A stretch of DNA of 64,000 nt from Myxococcota bacterium (GTDB taxonomy: Bacteria > Myxococcota_A > UBA9160 > UBA6930). The notes below the pieces were generated by a model. It saw only the letters and a list, made by a program, of their open reading frames with translations. It was not told the DNA's origin and ran no database searches. The position numbers were made by a program, and so were the translations under genes. The stretch spans positions 4,640,001-4,704,000 of the forward strand of contig OZ245002.1 of NCBI GenBank assembly GCA_965223415.1. Reading direction: 5' to 3'. Below, in pieces: positions 1-14,311 of the stretch. Each line of letters starts with the position of its first letter. Positions within the stretch are counted from its first letter, which is position 1.

Positions 1-12
1 TAGTCGGACGCC

Positions 13-1730
13 ATGGAGGGCGGAACGGCGCCGGCCCAGAGGAGGACGGAGGGCCCGACGGCGCCGGCCCAGGCCCTTCGCACCCGCCTGCTGCGGGTGA
101 TGGCCGCGCGCCTCGGCATCTGTGTCGGGGCGCTGGCCCTGGCGCTCACCCTGGTGGGCGCCGGCCGGCTGACGACCGAGACCGCCGAGCTCGGACTCTA
201 CGGCACGCTCGGCATCGCGTTCTTCGCGACGGCGGTGTACTCGGGTCTCCTGCCCTTCGTGCGGGCGGTGCGGCGCTTCGCGGGCATCCAGCTCGTCACG
301 GACCTCGCCCTGGTCACCGCCCTGGTGACCTTCTCCGGCGGCGCCGAGTCGATCTTCAGCTTCCTCTACCTGCCGGTCGTGGTCTTCGGCGGCCTGCTCT
401 TCGATCGGCCCGGGGGCTACGGCACCGCCGGCGGCGCCTCGGCCGGCTTCGCCGTGGGCATCCTGATGGCGATGGGGCTGCCCGCCGGCGGGCTCGGTGC
501 CGCGCCGGCGGAGTTCGCCTTCACGCTCTGGGGCGTGCACACCGGCGCCATGCTCGTGGTCGCGCTCTTCGCGACCGGCCTGACCCGCGAGCTTCGCCGG
601 GTCGGCGAGCAGCTCGAAGCCAGCACGAGCGATCTCGCCGAGCTGCGCTCCCTGCACCAGCGCATCGTGGAGAGCCTGACCAGCGGCGTCCTCACCACCG
701 ACCCGGCCGGGCGCGTGACCTCCTTCAACCCGGAGGCCGCCCACATCACCGGCCGGAGGGCGGAAGACGCCCTGGGTGCCCGCATCGAAGACGTCCTGCC
801 GGGGATCGAGGAGATCGCCGCTTCCAGCCTCTCGGGCCGGCGCCGAGCCCGCTTCCGCTTCGAGCGCTCGGACGGCGAAGAGCGCTACCTCGGGGTGGCG
901 CTTTCGAACCTGCAGCACGGCGAGGCCGGCGCGGGGGGCTGGGTGGTGATCTTCCAGGACGTCACCGAGGTCGTGCGGCTCGAGGGTGCGCTCGAGCACC
1001 GGGCCCGCCTGGCGGGCATCGGCGAGCTCTCCGCGTCGATCGCCCACGAGATCCGCAATCCTCTCGCCGCGATCTCCGGCTCCGTCGAGATGCTGCGGGC
1101 GACGCTGCCGCGGGAGCAGGCGGACGGGGAGGGCGGACGCCTGATGGGCATCGTGCTGCGGGAGATCGACCGGCTGAACCACCTCATCACCGACTTCCTG
1201 CAGTACGCTCGTCCCGCGCCGCCCAAGAAGGAGCGGGTCGACCTGGGCCGGCTCACCCGGCAGGTGGCGGAGACCTTCGGCGCGGGCCTCGGCGAGGACG
1301 TCCGGCTCGACCTCTCGCTGGCGCCGGGCTGCTTCGTGAACGCGGACAGCAAGCAGCTGCAGCAGCTGCTCTGGAACCTCCTGGGCAACGCGCGAGACGC
1401 GCTGGCCGGGCCGGGCCGGCTCGGCCTCCGCGTCGCCCTGGTGGGGGCGCCGCCGGGCCCTCAAGACCGCCCCGCTGCGCGCCGAAACGAAGGCCTGGAG
1501 GGCGCCCGCGTCGTGGAGCTCGTGGTTTCGGACAACGGTGTGGGGATTTCGCCGCGGGTGCAGGAGCGGATCTTCGATCCGTTCTTCACCACGCGCGAGG
1601 AGGGCACGGGCCTCGGGCTCGCGATCGTGCACCGCATCGCCCAGCACCACGAGGGCGCGGTGCAGGTGGCGAGCCGTGAAGGTGCTGGAACCGAGTTCCG
1701 CGTGACCTTCCCGGCCGGCGAGCCTCCGGC

Positions 1731-1734
<4 letters not shown>
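13..1734 (+). CDS. pilS: PilS-like membrane sensor histidine kinase (TM + PAS + HisKA + HATPase)
   Basis: N-terminal hydrophobic helices, H-box AHEIRNPL, N-box LWNLLGNA, DNGVG and GTGLGL boxes; overlaps a sigma54 response regulator in a pilus locus. Confidence 0.8.
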
Positions 1735-3116
<1,382 letters not shown>

Positions 3117-3119
3117 GGC

Positions 3120-4640
<1,521 letters not shown>

Positions 4641-4747
4641 AGCAGGCTGCGGACCCCGCAGCCCATTGCGCAGCGCGGGCGCTCGTTCCCCGGCCTTCGA
4701 CCTACGGAAAGCTCAAGAAGATCCGCGGCTTGGCCGATTTCGGGAGG

Positions 4748-4762
4748 TGGCATGGCCCTTGC
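4748..4762 (+). promoter_or_regulatory. sigma54 (-24/-12) promoter of the minor-pilin cassette
   Basis: TGGCATGGCCCTTGC = GG-N10-GC, intergenic, 45 bp upstream of the fimU-like start. Confidence 0.7.
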
Positions 4763-4807
4763 GACGGCCATGCCGAGCGCGCCCGGTCCGGGCGAGGAGT
4801 CTCCCAG

Positions 4808-5491
4808 GTGCATCGACGCCAAGCCGCCTTCACGATGTTCGAGCTGATGATGGTCCTCGCGATCATCGCAATCGTGGCCGCGCTGGGCGCGACCAGCTGG
4901 CGGGAGATGCAGCAGAACAACAAGACGAAGTTCATGGCCCGCCAGATCGCCGGTGCCGTCGAGCTCGCGCGCTCCCACGCCATCCAGGAAGAGGCGTTCT
5001 ACGGCGTCTACGTGAGTCTCGGCGCCGGACGCAACCAGGATCTTTGCGGAAACGTGCTCCCGGCGAACCAGCCGGTCACGGTCTTCCTCGACAACGTCAC
5101 CCAGAACTGCTGCATCGATGCCGGCGAGATCCAGGTGAACTTCCCGACGGATGCGAACGTCGCGACCAGTCTCGCCTGGGGCGCCACCTGGGCGGCCGCA
5201 CCGGTGCCGACGGACCAGGGAGCGACGCCGGCCAATCTCGCCCAGGGCACCACCTTCCCGTTCATCTCCGCCGGAACCGCACCCATGCTGCTGATCCGCC
5301 CCGACGGCGTGCCGGTCCAGCCAGACGCTGTGTGCAACGCCGGAAACGTGGGCACCGGCACCGGAGGCTTCTACCTCACGACCGGGACCACGGCGCCGGC
5401 CGATGCCCGGGACTATGCCGTCGTGATCTCACCGCTGGGCGCGACGCGGATCCACAGCTTCGAGCGGGGGACCGCCACATGGACGAACTGA
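4808..5491 (+). CDS. FimU/FimT-like minor pilin
   Basis: GTG start after GAGGAG; prepilin-like RRQAA|FTMFELMMVLAIIAIVAALG. Confidence 0.75.
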   Translation: MHRRQAAFTMFELMMVLAIIAIVAALGATSWREMQQNNKTKFMARQIAGAVELARSHAIQEEAFYGVYVSLGAGRNQDLCGNVLPANQPVTVFLDNVTQNCCIDAGEIQVNFPTDANVATSLAWGATWAAAPVPTDQGATPANLAQGTTFPFISAGTAPMLLIRPDGVPVQPDAVCNAGNVGTGTGGFYLTTGTTAPADARDYAVVISPLGATRIHSFERGTATWTN

Positions 5492-5961
5492 CGCGGCACG
5501 AACCGATGCGCCGGGAGCACCGCCGCCGGGCAGGCCTCTCGATGATCGAGGTGATGATGGCGCTGAGCATCCTCGCCGGCGGTCTGCTCGTCATGCTCAG
5601 CATGCAGATCCAGGCCATGAACGGCGGCCGCCACGGGCGCAACGCCACCGAGGCGGCGCAGATCGCCCAGGCGCAGATGGCGCGGCTGCATCACCAGGAC
5701 TTCACGACCCTGGCCGCCACCGGCGGCTGGACCGTGGTGGTCCCGGTCACCGGAGCGGTGACCGGCGGCGGTGGCGCTGCCGCGAGCACCGGCCAGCAGT
5801 ACCAGCTCGACTGGATGGTCAGTCAGAACCCGGATCCGAATCCGGCCATCATCGCCGACACCTGGCAGATCGACGTTCGCGTGCGCTGGGCGGACCCGAA
5901 CGCCAGGCCCGGCGTCCCCCTGCGCTCCTACGTCATCTCCAGCATCCGATACGACGACTGA
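5479..5961 (+). CDS. pilV: PilV-like minor pilin (alternative start 5506)
   Basis: RRRAG|LSMIEVMMALSILAGGLL type IV pilin N-terminus; position in cassette. Confidence 0.7.
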   Translation: MDELTRHEPMRREHRRRAGLSMIEVMMALSILAGGLLVMLSMQIQAMNGGRHGRNATEAAQIAQAQMARLHHQDFTTLAATGGWTVVVPVTGAVTGGGGAAASTGQQYQLDWMVSQNPDPNPAIIADTWQIDVRVRWADPNARPGVPLRSYVISSIRYDD

Positions 5962-5970
5962 GGGGACGTC

Positions 5971-7086
5971 ATGATCACCCACGACAAGCAGCTGCGCGGG
6001 TTCTCGCTGATCGAGATGATGGTCTCGATGGCCATCCTCGCGCTGATCACCGTCTACCTCACGGACATGCTGCTGCGGCAGAGCCGTACCTACACCGTCG
6101 TCGACCAGGTGACGGAGATGCAACAGAACACGCGGGTCGTCTCGGACATCCTCGAGCGCGAGCTCCGCACCACCGGCTTCATGACCGAGGAGTCCGGCGT
6201 GTTCTGCGGAGTCGACCTCCTGGCCGCGCCGGACATCGTCGTCGTGAGCGACGCCACGGTCTTCGATCCCACCGACCAGTCGGCCTCGAACATGGGCGTC
6301 GACATCACCGACGCCGACTACAGCGGCGCCGGTATCGATACCTTCAACGTGGCGGACACCTCCTTGGAGGGCACGCCCTTCTACGACGTGGACGGCGACA
6401 ATACCCCGGACAGCGACTTCTTCGACGTGCAGCCGCCCGCGGGCGCCGGCATGCCGACGGACCAGTCCGGCGGCGTCATCGTCTACGACAGCACAAACCC
6501 GTCCTGGGGCGTGCGTTGCGGACGGATCGTCCCGGGCTCGGTGACCGCCACCCGCATCCAGGTCGACTGGACCTTCGGGATGCCCGCGGTCATCCCGCTG
6601 CCCGGTGCGATCCCGGTTCCCGGCGATCTCTACATGCTCCCCGCCACGGTCTACCAGGTGGACCAGCCGGCCGGAATCGCCGCCCCGCCCGCCACCTCTC
6701 GCCTCCTTCGCAACGGCCTCGCAATCGTGGAAGACGTGGAGGACATGCAGGTCGCGATGTGGTTCGACCTGGACAACGACGATGTCCAGGATGCCGGTGA
6801 GTACCTGGGCGCCCGCACCATCCCGGTGGCCGATCCGCTGGCCGGCGTCCAGTTCCGACAGAACGAGAGGGACAACCGGCTCCTTCGCGAGGTGCGCGTG
6901 AACCTCATGCTGCGCACCCGCCAGCAGGACCCGAACGTGATCGCCAACGCGCTGCAGCCCCAAGGGCAGTACCAGAACCTCGAGAACCGCAACACGCCGG
7001 TTCCCGTGGCCGACGCCTTCGTGCGCCGGGTCCAGACGCTGACCGTCCGGCCGCGCAACGTGGGCCACCGCATCAACAGCCTGTGA
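5971..7086 (+). CDS. pilW: PilW-like minor pilin
   Basis: LRG|FSLIEMMVSMAIL; C-terminal EDVEDMQV...EVRVNL...VRPRN; DxDxD loops. Confidence 0.75.
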   Translation: MITHDKQLRGFSLIEMMVSMAILALITVYLTDMLLRQSRTYTVVDQVTEMQQNTRVVSDILERELRTTGFMTEESGVFCGVDLLAAPDIVVVSDATVFDPTDQSASNMGVDITDADYSGAGIDTFNVADTSLEGTPFYDVDGDNTPDSDFFDVQPPAGAGMPTDQSGGVIVYDSTNPSWGVRCGRIVPGSVTATRIQVDWTFGMPAVIPLPGAIPVPGDLYMLPATVYQVDQPAGIAAPPATSRLLRNGLAIVEDVEDMQVAMWFDLDNDDVQDAGEYLGARTIPVADPLAGVQFRQNERDNRLLREVRVNLMLRTRQQDPNVIANALQPQGQYQNLENRNTPVPVADAFVRRVQTLTVRPRNVGHRINSL

Positions 7087-7112
7087 GCGACGCGGTCAGG
7101 ACAGGAGACACC

Positions 7113-7691
7113 ATGAACCACCCCGAGCGACGACGAGAACGAGGCGCGGCGATGTTCGTCGCGGTGCTGATGCTCGTGCTGATGGGCTGGATGGGCATGG
7201 CGTCGATGAACTCGGTGACCCGCGACAACCAGGTGGCAGGCTTCCAGAACCGCAACGAGAACGCCTTCTTCGCCGCCGAGGCCGGCGTCGCCTACGCCCG
7301 GGCGGTGGTCGAGCACGAGATCGGGGACATTTCCGATCTTCCGGGAGTGGGGTCGGTCCCGGCCTTCCCCACGCAGACGGCTCCCACCATGATCAGTCAG
7401 GTGGGTGCCTACACGGCGTGGCAGAACGCGGCCACCGCCGGTAACGAGCTGCCGCGCTACTACGGCGACCCGAACCCTCCGGATCCGACCAACCCCCAGC
7501 CGATTCACTACTTCGGCCCCGGCGAGATCATGGACGGAGACGACCTGGCCGTCGGCTCGGCCCAACGTTGGGGAACCCTGTGGCGCATCAACGTGGTCGG
7601 GCAGAGCCCGAACGCCTTGGGTGCGGGCTTTGGCAGCGGCGGCTCCACGGCGCGTCTCGACGTCGTGACCGTCAAGCCGATGATGCGATAG
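7113..7691 (+). CDS. pilX: PilX-like minor pilin
   Basis: RERG|AAMFVAVLMLVLM lacking Glu5; AFFAAEAGV motif; RBS GGAGA. Confidence 0.75.
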   Translation: MNHPERRRERGAAMFVAVLMLVLMGWMGMASMNSVTRDNQVAGFQNRNENAFFAAEAGVAYARAVVEHEIGDISDLPGVGSVPAFPTQTAPTMISQVGAYTAWQNAATAGNELPRYYGDPNPPDPTNPQPIHYFGPGEIMDGDDLAVGSAQRWGTLWRINVVGQSPNALGAGFGSGGSTARLDVVTVKPMMR

Positions 7692-7719
7692 CGCGCGACA
7701 CCGCGCGCAGGGAGGGGAC

Positions 7720-8721
7720 ATGGGATTCGTGAAGCGCGGGCGCTGGCTCGCTCTGGGCGCGTCGGTCGTTCTGGCGGCCTGTGGCGCGGAAGAGGTGCCG
7801 ACGGGAGCGGGCAGCAAGCCGATGGTGGCCGGCGCCGAGGCGAGCGACGCGGTGGAGGCCGCCAGCTCGGACGAAGCGCCGGTGATCGGCCGCCTGGACG
7901 TGTCGCCGCGTGAGATCGCGCCGGGCCGCGAGCTGCGGGTCGTGGCTGAGGCGCGGGATCCCGAGGGCGGCCCCGTGCGCTTCGAGTTCGTGTGGGAGCG
8001 CAACGGGCGCGAGGTGAAGCGGACCCACGAGCCGGCGATGACCTTCTTCGACGTCCAGAAGGGCGACACCGTGACGCTGACGGCCGTCGCGAGCGACGGG
8101 CGGAACGCGAGCGCGCCGGTGCGCACCCGTCTCACCGTGGGCAATCGGCCACCGGTGCTCCAGGGCTTGTCGCTCGATCCGGCGGAGGACGTTCGCGCGG
8201 GAATGAAGGTCACCGCCACGCCCGAAGGCCAGGATCCGGACAACGACGAGCTCGAGTTCGTCTACCGCTGGACCGTGAACGGAGCGCTCCGCGGGGAAGA
8301 GCGGACCTTCGATACGACGGGGCTCCGGCGCGGCGATCGCATCGGCCTCGAGGTGCAGGCCTCCGACGGAGATCGGCAGAGCCAGCCCTACTCGATCGAG
8401 ACCGAGCTCGGGAACACGCCGCCGGTGATCGCCTCGGAAGGGGAGACGACCGCGCCGGACGGGACCTACCAGCACCAGTTCGCCGCCGAGGACGTGGACG
8501 GCGATCGCAACCTGCGCTTCTTCCTCGAGGCCGGTCCGTCGGGCATGAGCATGGACGGCATCACCGGGGAACTGCGCTGGCGGCCCACGGAAGGCCAGGG
8601 CGGGCGGCACGACATCGTGGTCGGTGTCAAGGACGCCAGCGGCGACGCCACGACCTTCTCGTTCGCGGTGGACGTGGACATGCGCTCCGAGGAAGCGGCG
8701 CCCGCGGCGCCGGCGCCCTGA
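7720..8721 (+). CDS. Lipoprotein with three Ig/cadherin-like repeats
   Basis: Lipobox VVLAAC; repeated NxxP...A.D.(E/D)GD...V.ASDG units; last repeat PSGMSMDGITGELRWRP resembles the putative Ig domain. Confidence 0.65.
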   Translation: MGFVKRGRWLALGASVVLAACGAEEVPTGAGSKPMVAGAEASDAVEAASSDEAPVIGRLDVSPREIAPGRELRVVAEARDPEGGPVRFEFVWERNGREVKRTHEPAMTFFDVQKGDTVTLTAVASDGRNASAPVRTRLTVGNRPPVLQGLSLDPAEDVRAGMKVTATPEGQDPDNDELEFVYRWTVNGALRGEERTFDTTGLRRGDRIGLEVQASDGDRQSQPYSIETELGNTPPVIASEGETTAPDGTYQHQFAAEDVDGDRNLRFFLEAGPSGMSMDGITGELRWRPTEGQGGRHDIVVGVKDASGDATTFSFAVDVDMRSEEAAPAAPAP

Positions 8722-8843
8722 GCGCCGGCCCGGCCCGCAGCCGCTTGCGCACCGCGCAGCGGACTGCGCAGCCCGCGCTGCGGACACGATCCCGGAGTTG
8801 AGGAAAGCCCAATTGTTTCAGCCACTTATGTCCGTCTCGCTGG

Positions 8844-8859
8844 TGGCACGGCGCTTGCT
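8844..8859 (+). promoter_or_regulatory. sigma54 promoter of pilY1
   Basis: TGGCACGGCGCTTGCT matches the consensus TGGCACG-N4-TTGCW exactly. Confidence 0.8.
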
Positions 8860-8902
8860 CCCAAGCAGGACGCGCGCTGGCCGCGCAAGCCAGGAGAACC
8901 CC

Positions 8903-11900
8903 ATGCAGGCTCCCACCTTCGCTCGCACCGTGACCCTCGTGGTCGCTGCCGCCTTCCTCGCGGCCGGCACGGCCCAGGCCCAGGTCGACGACCAGGCGCT
9001 CTTCACGACGGCGGTGCCCCCGAACGTCGTGCTGCTCGTGGATAACTCGGGATCCATGCACCACGTGGTCTGGCACCCGGCCTACGACCCGGCCGTCGCG
9101 AACACCTGCACGTACTTCACGGACACGACCACGTCCCAGTACTTCGTCGGCCCCTGGTCCGGCGACACCTTCCCGGACGGCGGCGGCGACACCACCTTCC
9201 AGGACGGCACCTACGCCATCGTCAGTGCCGGATGCACCGCCTCGGCTCGAGAGATCTTCGCCGACCCCGCGGTCACGACTTCCGTCAACTGGACGCGTTG
9301 GACGGGCCACTACCTGAACTGGTACTACAGCTCCGCCGCCGATCCTTACGTGTCCGAGATCGTGGCGGTGAACAACGGCGTGTTCTCGAGCTGTGTGGGC
9401 GGGGGCACCTACGATCTCCACCGGCGAGCGCGCATCAACGCGGCCAAGCAGATCCTCCGGGAGGTCATCTGCCAGGTGAACGCTTCCGGCTCCGTCCGCT
9501 TCGGCATGGCGCAGTTCCGTCGTGGCTCGGATGGCCTGGGAATACTCCCGAACGGCGGCTACGTGTCCGTGCCCGCCGAGGACTACCACGACAACCTGGG
9601 CAACCCGTACTCGTACACGCTGAACGGGATCACGCAGCCCCACGGCGATCATCTTGACGACGCCATCGACAACCTGACAGGGGAATCCTGGACGCCCCTC
9701 GCCGAGACCCTGTTCCAGATCTATACCTATTTCCAGAGCCGCGTTGCGAGCGACCGAGTGCCCGGCGCGAACTCGGGGACGTTCCCGGAGTACGAGTACG
9801 AGCCCAGTCACGCATCGAACGGTGCCTACAACATCTCCGGTGCACCGACGGTGCCCGACAGCCCGGTCCAGTACGAGTGCCAGAAGAACTTCGTCGTCGT
9901 GATCACCGACGGCGAGCCGACTCGCGACGACTTCACGAATGACGACGCGAGTGGGGGGACGGACGCGACCGACCAGGGCTTCGCCCAGTTCGGGAACCTG
10001 ATCGGCGACTACATCCCCCTCGACGAAGCAGAGACGCCTGGCTGGTGCTGCAACGGCAGCATGTATCTGGACGATGTCGCCAAGTTCATGCACGACAAGG
10101 ACCTGCGTCCGGACCTCCCGCCCCACGCCGGGCAGGAGCAGACGATGGACATCTACACGGTGGGTTTCACGACCTCGCCTTTCGCCGACGACATTCTCAA
10201 GCGGGCAGCCCTGGCAGGTGGCGGGCGTTTCTACCGCAGCAACGATCCTGAGTCCCTTGCCAAGGATCTCGTCCTGGCCATTACGGACATCCTGCTGAAG
10301 TCCCAAGCGTTCACTTCGGCCACCGTTCCTGCGGGTCGCGCCAGTTCCGACGAGCGCCTCTACACCAGCGACTTCATCCCGAGCACGAAGGACGGATTCT
10401 GGCAGGGCCACCTGCGTTCCTGGAAGATCAACTCCGCGGCGCAGATCCTCGACAAGTTCGACAACTGCGCCCTGGACGACCCCCAGTGCCGCTCGGGCGA
10501 CTTCCTCGCCTCCGCAGTGCCCTTCTGGGACGCCGCGCAGACGATCGCCAACGCCGGTGAGCCCGCGCGCAACCTCTACATGTCCCATCCCAACGGCGCC
10601 GGCACGGCGCCCGTCGTCGAGACCTTCGACATGGGTACGGTGACCGACGTGGACCTGGGCGTCACCGTGGCCGACATCGCTACCTACGACTTCGGCAGCT
10701 ACCCGCCGCCTACGACGGCCCAGGGCCTGGCGGACATGGTGGTGGAGGCGATTCGCGGTTGCGAGTTGGGCAGCACGGACACGAACTGTCTGCAGCGGAA
10801 GTGGCTCCTGGGTGACATCTTCCACTCCAATCCTACCGTGGTGAAGTACCCGGACGGCTTCAGTACGAAGCTCTCCTACAAGAACTTCGCCTCCAACTTC
10901 GCGACGCGAGACAAGGTGATCCTGGCCGGCAGCAACGCGGGCTTCCTGCACATCCTTCATGCGGGGAGCTGGGACCCGGCGCTGAACTTCGGCAAGGGAG
11001 CGTATGACAACGGCACGGGCGCGGAAGTTGCCGGCTTCATGCCGTGGCAGGCGCGGCAGAACGCCAAGGAGCTGCCGCGGGACGACAAGACCCGCGACTA
11101 CTACTTCGTGGACGGAGCGCCGGCGGTCGCCGACGCCTTCCTTCCGGCGAACCCTCGCACGGGCGACCTGAACGACCCGACGGCCTGGACCGACTGGAAG
11201 ACCGTGGCGGTCACCGGCATGCGCCAGGGGGGCCGCCAGTACCTGGCTCTCGACGTGACCGACCCGTCCGGCGGCACCGCCTGCGCCGAGTCGAGCTCGC
11301 CGAGCTACCCCTGCTACCTGTGGGAGTTCCCGAACGAGCTCGACACAAGAAGCCACGTCGGCTTCATGGGTGAGACCTGGTCCGAGCCGGTCATCGCCAA
11401 GGTGAAGGTGGACGACGGTACGGTGCCCGGCGGCTACGGCCGCTACGTGGCGATCGTGGGCTCCGGCTACGACGTCAAGAGCGACCCGAACGTCCACACG
11501 AGCTACGACCCGACCGCGAACGAGGGTCGCGCGATCATGATGATCGATGTGGCTACGGGCGAGCTCCTGGCGATGAAGAAGTTCGACAACTCCGACAAGG
11601 CACCGACCACGGATCCGGCCACCTACAGCTATGACCCGATGGACCCGGAGAAGAGCATGTTCTTCTCCTTCGCGGCCCAGCCCGGCGTCTTCGACGTCGA
11701 CTTCGACGGCTACGTGGACGTGATCCTGATCGGCGACCTGGGTGGCAACATCTGGAAGTGGGTCGTGAAGAGCGTCGGCGAGGACCCGGTGCTGAACGGC
11801 GCCATGACCACGGCCCAGCCGAGCTGGCCCTTCGCCCGCTACTTCCAGGCGCCGAGCTACTACGACTCGGGCAGTGGCAACCGGTTCTGGAAGAGCATCT

Positions 11901-12541
11901 TCTTCCGCCCGGGCCTCACCCGGATCAGCGGGACCTACTGGATGGCCTTCGGGACCGGCCAGCGGGCGAACCTGCAGTGGGCCGGTATCGCTGGCACCAC
12001 GGCGGACGACTCGCGCCTCTACTCAATGAAGGACTACGACCTCCTCCTGAACTCGAACCCGAATCCGACCACGCTGACCGAAGCGGATCTTGACGGGGTG
12101 ACCCCTGGGGCCGGGGACTACACCACGACTCTCGGGACGTGCACTTCCCCCAGTGGCCGTGGATTCTACGTTCGGGGCGTAGGCGCGGGGGAGAAGTTCG
12201 TGACGCAGACGGTGGTGTTCTCGAAGTTCGTGATCTCCGCATCCTTCACTCCGGCAACAGTGACAACCTGCGGTGCGGCGGGCGACGCGACCCTGTACAC
12301 CTATTCCATCACCTGCGGTCGGGGACTGACGGTGAAGAACTCGGTGACGGGTACTACCTCCATTATCGTGAAGTCCGACATGGGAGACGGCATGCCTTCC
12401 AACCCGCAGGTGAGCATGGACAACCAGTCCGGAGACACGACCGTGATCGTCCGGCTCCAGGACGGGGCCATCTGGCAGCCGCCGGGTGACATCCCCGGCG
12501 CCGGCGACGGCATTGGTCAGCACTACTGGCGAGAGCTCTAG
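8903..12541 (+). CDS. pilY1: PilY1 pilus tip adhesin (vWA-like N-terminus, beta-propeller C-terminus)
   Basis: Signal peptide, VVLLVDNSGSM MIDAS, VITDGEPT, LGDIFHSNP, YFVDG, GETWSEP, Ca-binding DVDFDGYVD, terminal WREL. Confidence 0.9.
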   Translation: MQAPTFARTVTLVVAAAFLAAGTAQAQVDDQALFTTAVPPNVVLLVDNSGSMHHVVWHPAYDPAVANTCTYFTDTTTSQYFVGPWSGDTFPDGGGDTTFQDGTYAIVSAGCTASAREIFADPAVTTSVNWTRWTGHYLNWYYSSAADPYVSEIVAVNNGVFSSCVGGGTYDLHRRARINAAKQILREVICQVNASGSVRFGMAQFRRGSDGLGILPNGGYVSVPAEDYHDNLGNPYSYTLNGITQPHGDHLDDAIDNLTGESWTPLAETLFQIYTYFQSRVASDRVPGANSGTFPEYEYEPSHASNGAYNISGAPTVPDSPVQYECQKNFVVVITDGEPTRDDFTNDDASGGTDATDQGFAQFGNLIGDYIPLDEAETPGWCCNGSMYLDDVAKFMHDKDLRPDLPPHAGQEQTMDIYTVGFTTSPFADDILKRAALAGGGRFYRSNDPESLAKDLVLAITDILLKSQAFTSATVPAGRASSDERLYTSDFIPSTKDGFWQGHLRSWKINSAAQILDKFDNCALDDPQCRSGDFLASAVPFWDAAQTIANAGEPARNLYMSHPNGAGTAPVVETFDMGTVTDVDLGVTVADIATYDFGSYPPPTTAQGLADMVVEAIRGCELGSTDTNCLQRKWLLGDIFHSNPTVVKYPDGFSTKLSYKNFASNFATRDKVILAGSNAGFLHILHAGSWDPALNFGKGAYDNGTGAEVAGFMPWQARQNAKELPRDDKTRDYYFVDGAPAVADAFLPANPRTGDLNDPTAWTDWKTVAVTGMRQGGRQYLALDVTDPSGGTACAESSSPSYPCYLWEFPNELDTRSHVGFMGETWSEPVIAKVKVDDGTVPGGYGRYVAIVGSGYDVKSDPNVHTSYDPTANEGRAIMMIDVATGELLAMKKFDNSDKAPTTDPATYSYDPMDPEKSMFFSFAAQPGVFDVDFDGYVDVILIGDLGGNIWKWVVKSVGEDPVLNGAMTTAQPSWPFARYFQAPSYYDSGSGNRFWKSIFFRPGLTRISGTYWMAFGTGQRANLQWAGIAGTTADDSRLYSMKDYDLLLNSNPNPTTLTEADLDGVTPGAGDYTTTLGTCTSPSGRGFYVRGVGAGEKFVTQTVVFSKFVISASFTPATVTTCGAAGDATLYTYSITCGRGLTVKNSVTGTTSIIVKSDMGDGMPSNPQVSMDNQSGDTTVIVRLQDGAIWQPPGDIPGAGDGIGQHYWREL

Positions 12542-12579
12542 CCCCCGAATCACCTCTCGAGGAGATGGGAGATCCGATC

Positions 12580-12909
12580 ATGACGAAGACGATCCGATGC
12601 GGCCTGGCGGCCCTGGTGGTGGCGGCCAGCCTGCTCCTGGCGGGCGCAGCCTCGGCCTGGAGCGACGAGACGACGGTGCAGAGCAAGGCCCCGGGGAGCA
12701 GCTCCCTGCTCCTGGAGGACGACGTCACGGTGCGGGTGGGCCCCTCGACCGAGATCCGCAACGCCAACGGCGTGCGGATCCAGTACGCGGACATCCCGGA
12801 CCCGGAGGAGGTGAAGCCCGCCTCGGTGATGGTGCGCGTGGAGGGGTCGCGCTCCGGGAGCGTGGTGACGGCGTCGAAGATCACGGTCCGGCCGCTGCTC
12901 ACGCATTGA
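12580..12909 (+). CDS. Small secreted beta-rich protein (DUF5666/OB-like)
   Basis: Signal peptide ending ASA; beta-strand pattern VRVEGSRSGSVVTASKITV. Confidence 0.5.
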   Translation: MTKTIRCGLAALVVAASLLLAGAASAWSDETTVQSKAPGSSSLLLEDDVTVRVGPSTEIRNANGVRIQYADIPDPEEVKPASVMVRVEGSRSGSVVTASKITVRPLLTH

Positions 12910-12914
12910 TCGGA

Positions 12915-12934
12915 GGCCGGGCCCCGGCCCGGCC
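12915..12934. terminator. GC hairpin between convergent genes
   Basis: GGCCGGGC-CCCG-GCCCGGCC; no U-tract. Confidence 0.35.
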
Positions 12935-12940
12935 GGCGGC

Positions 12941-14311
<1,371 letters not shown>

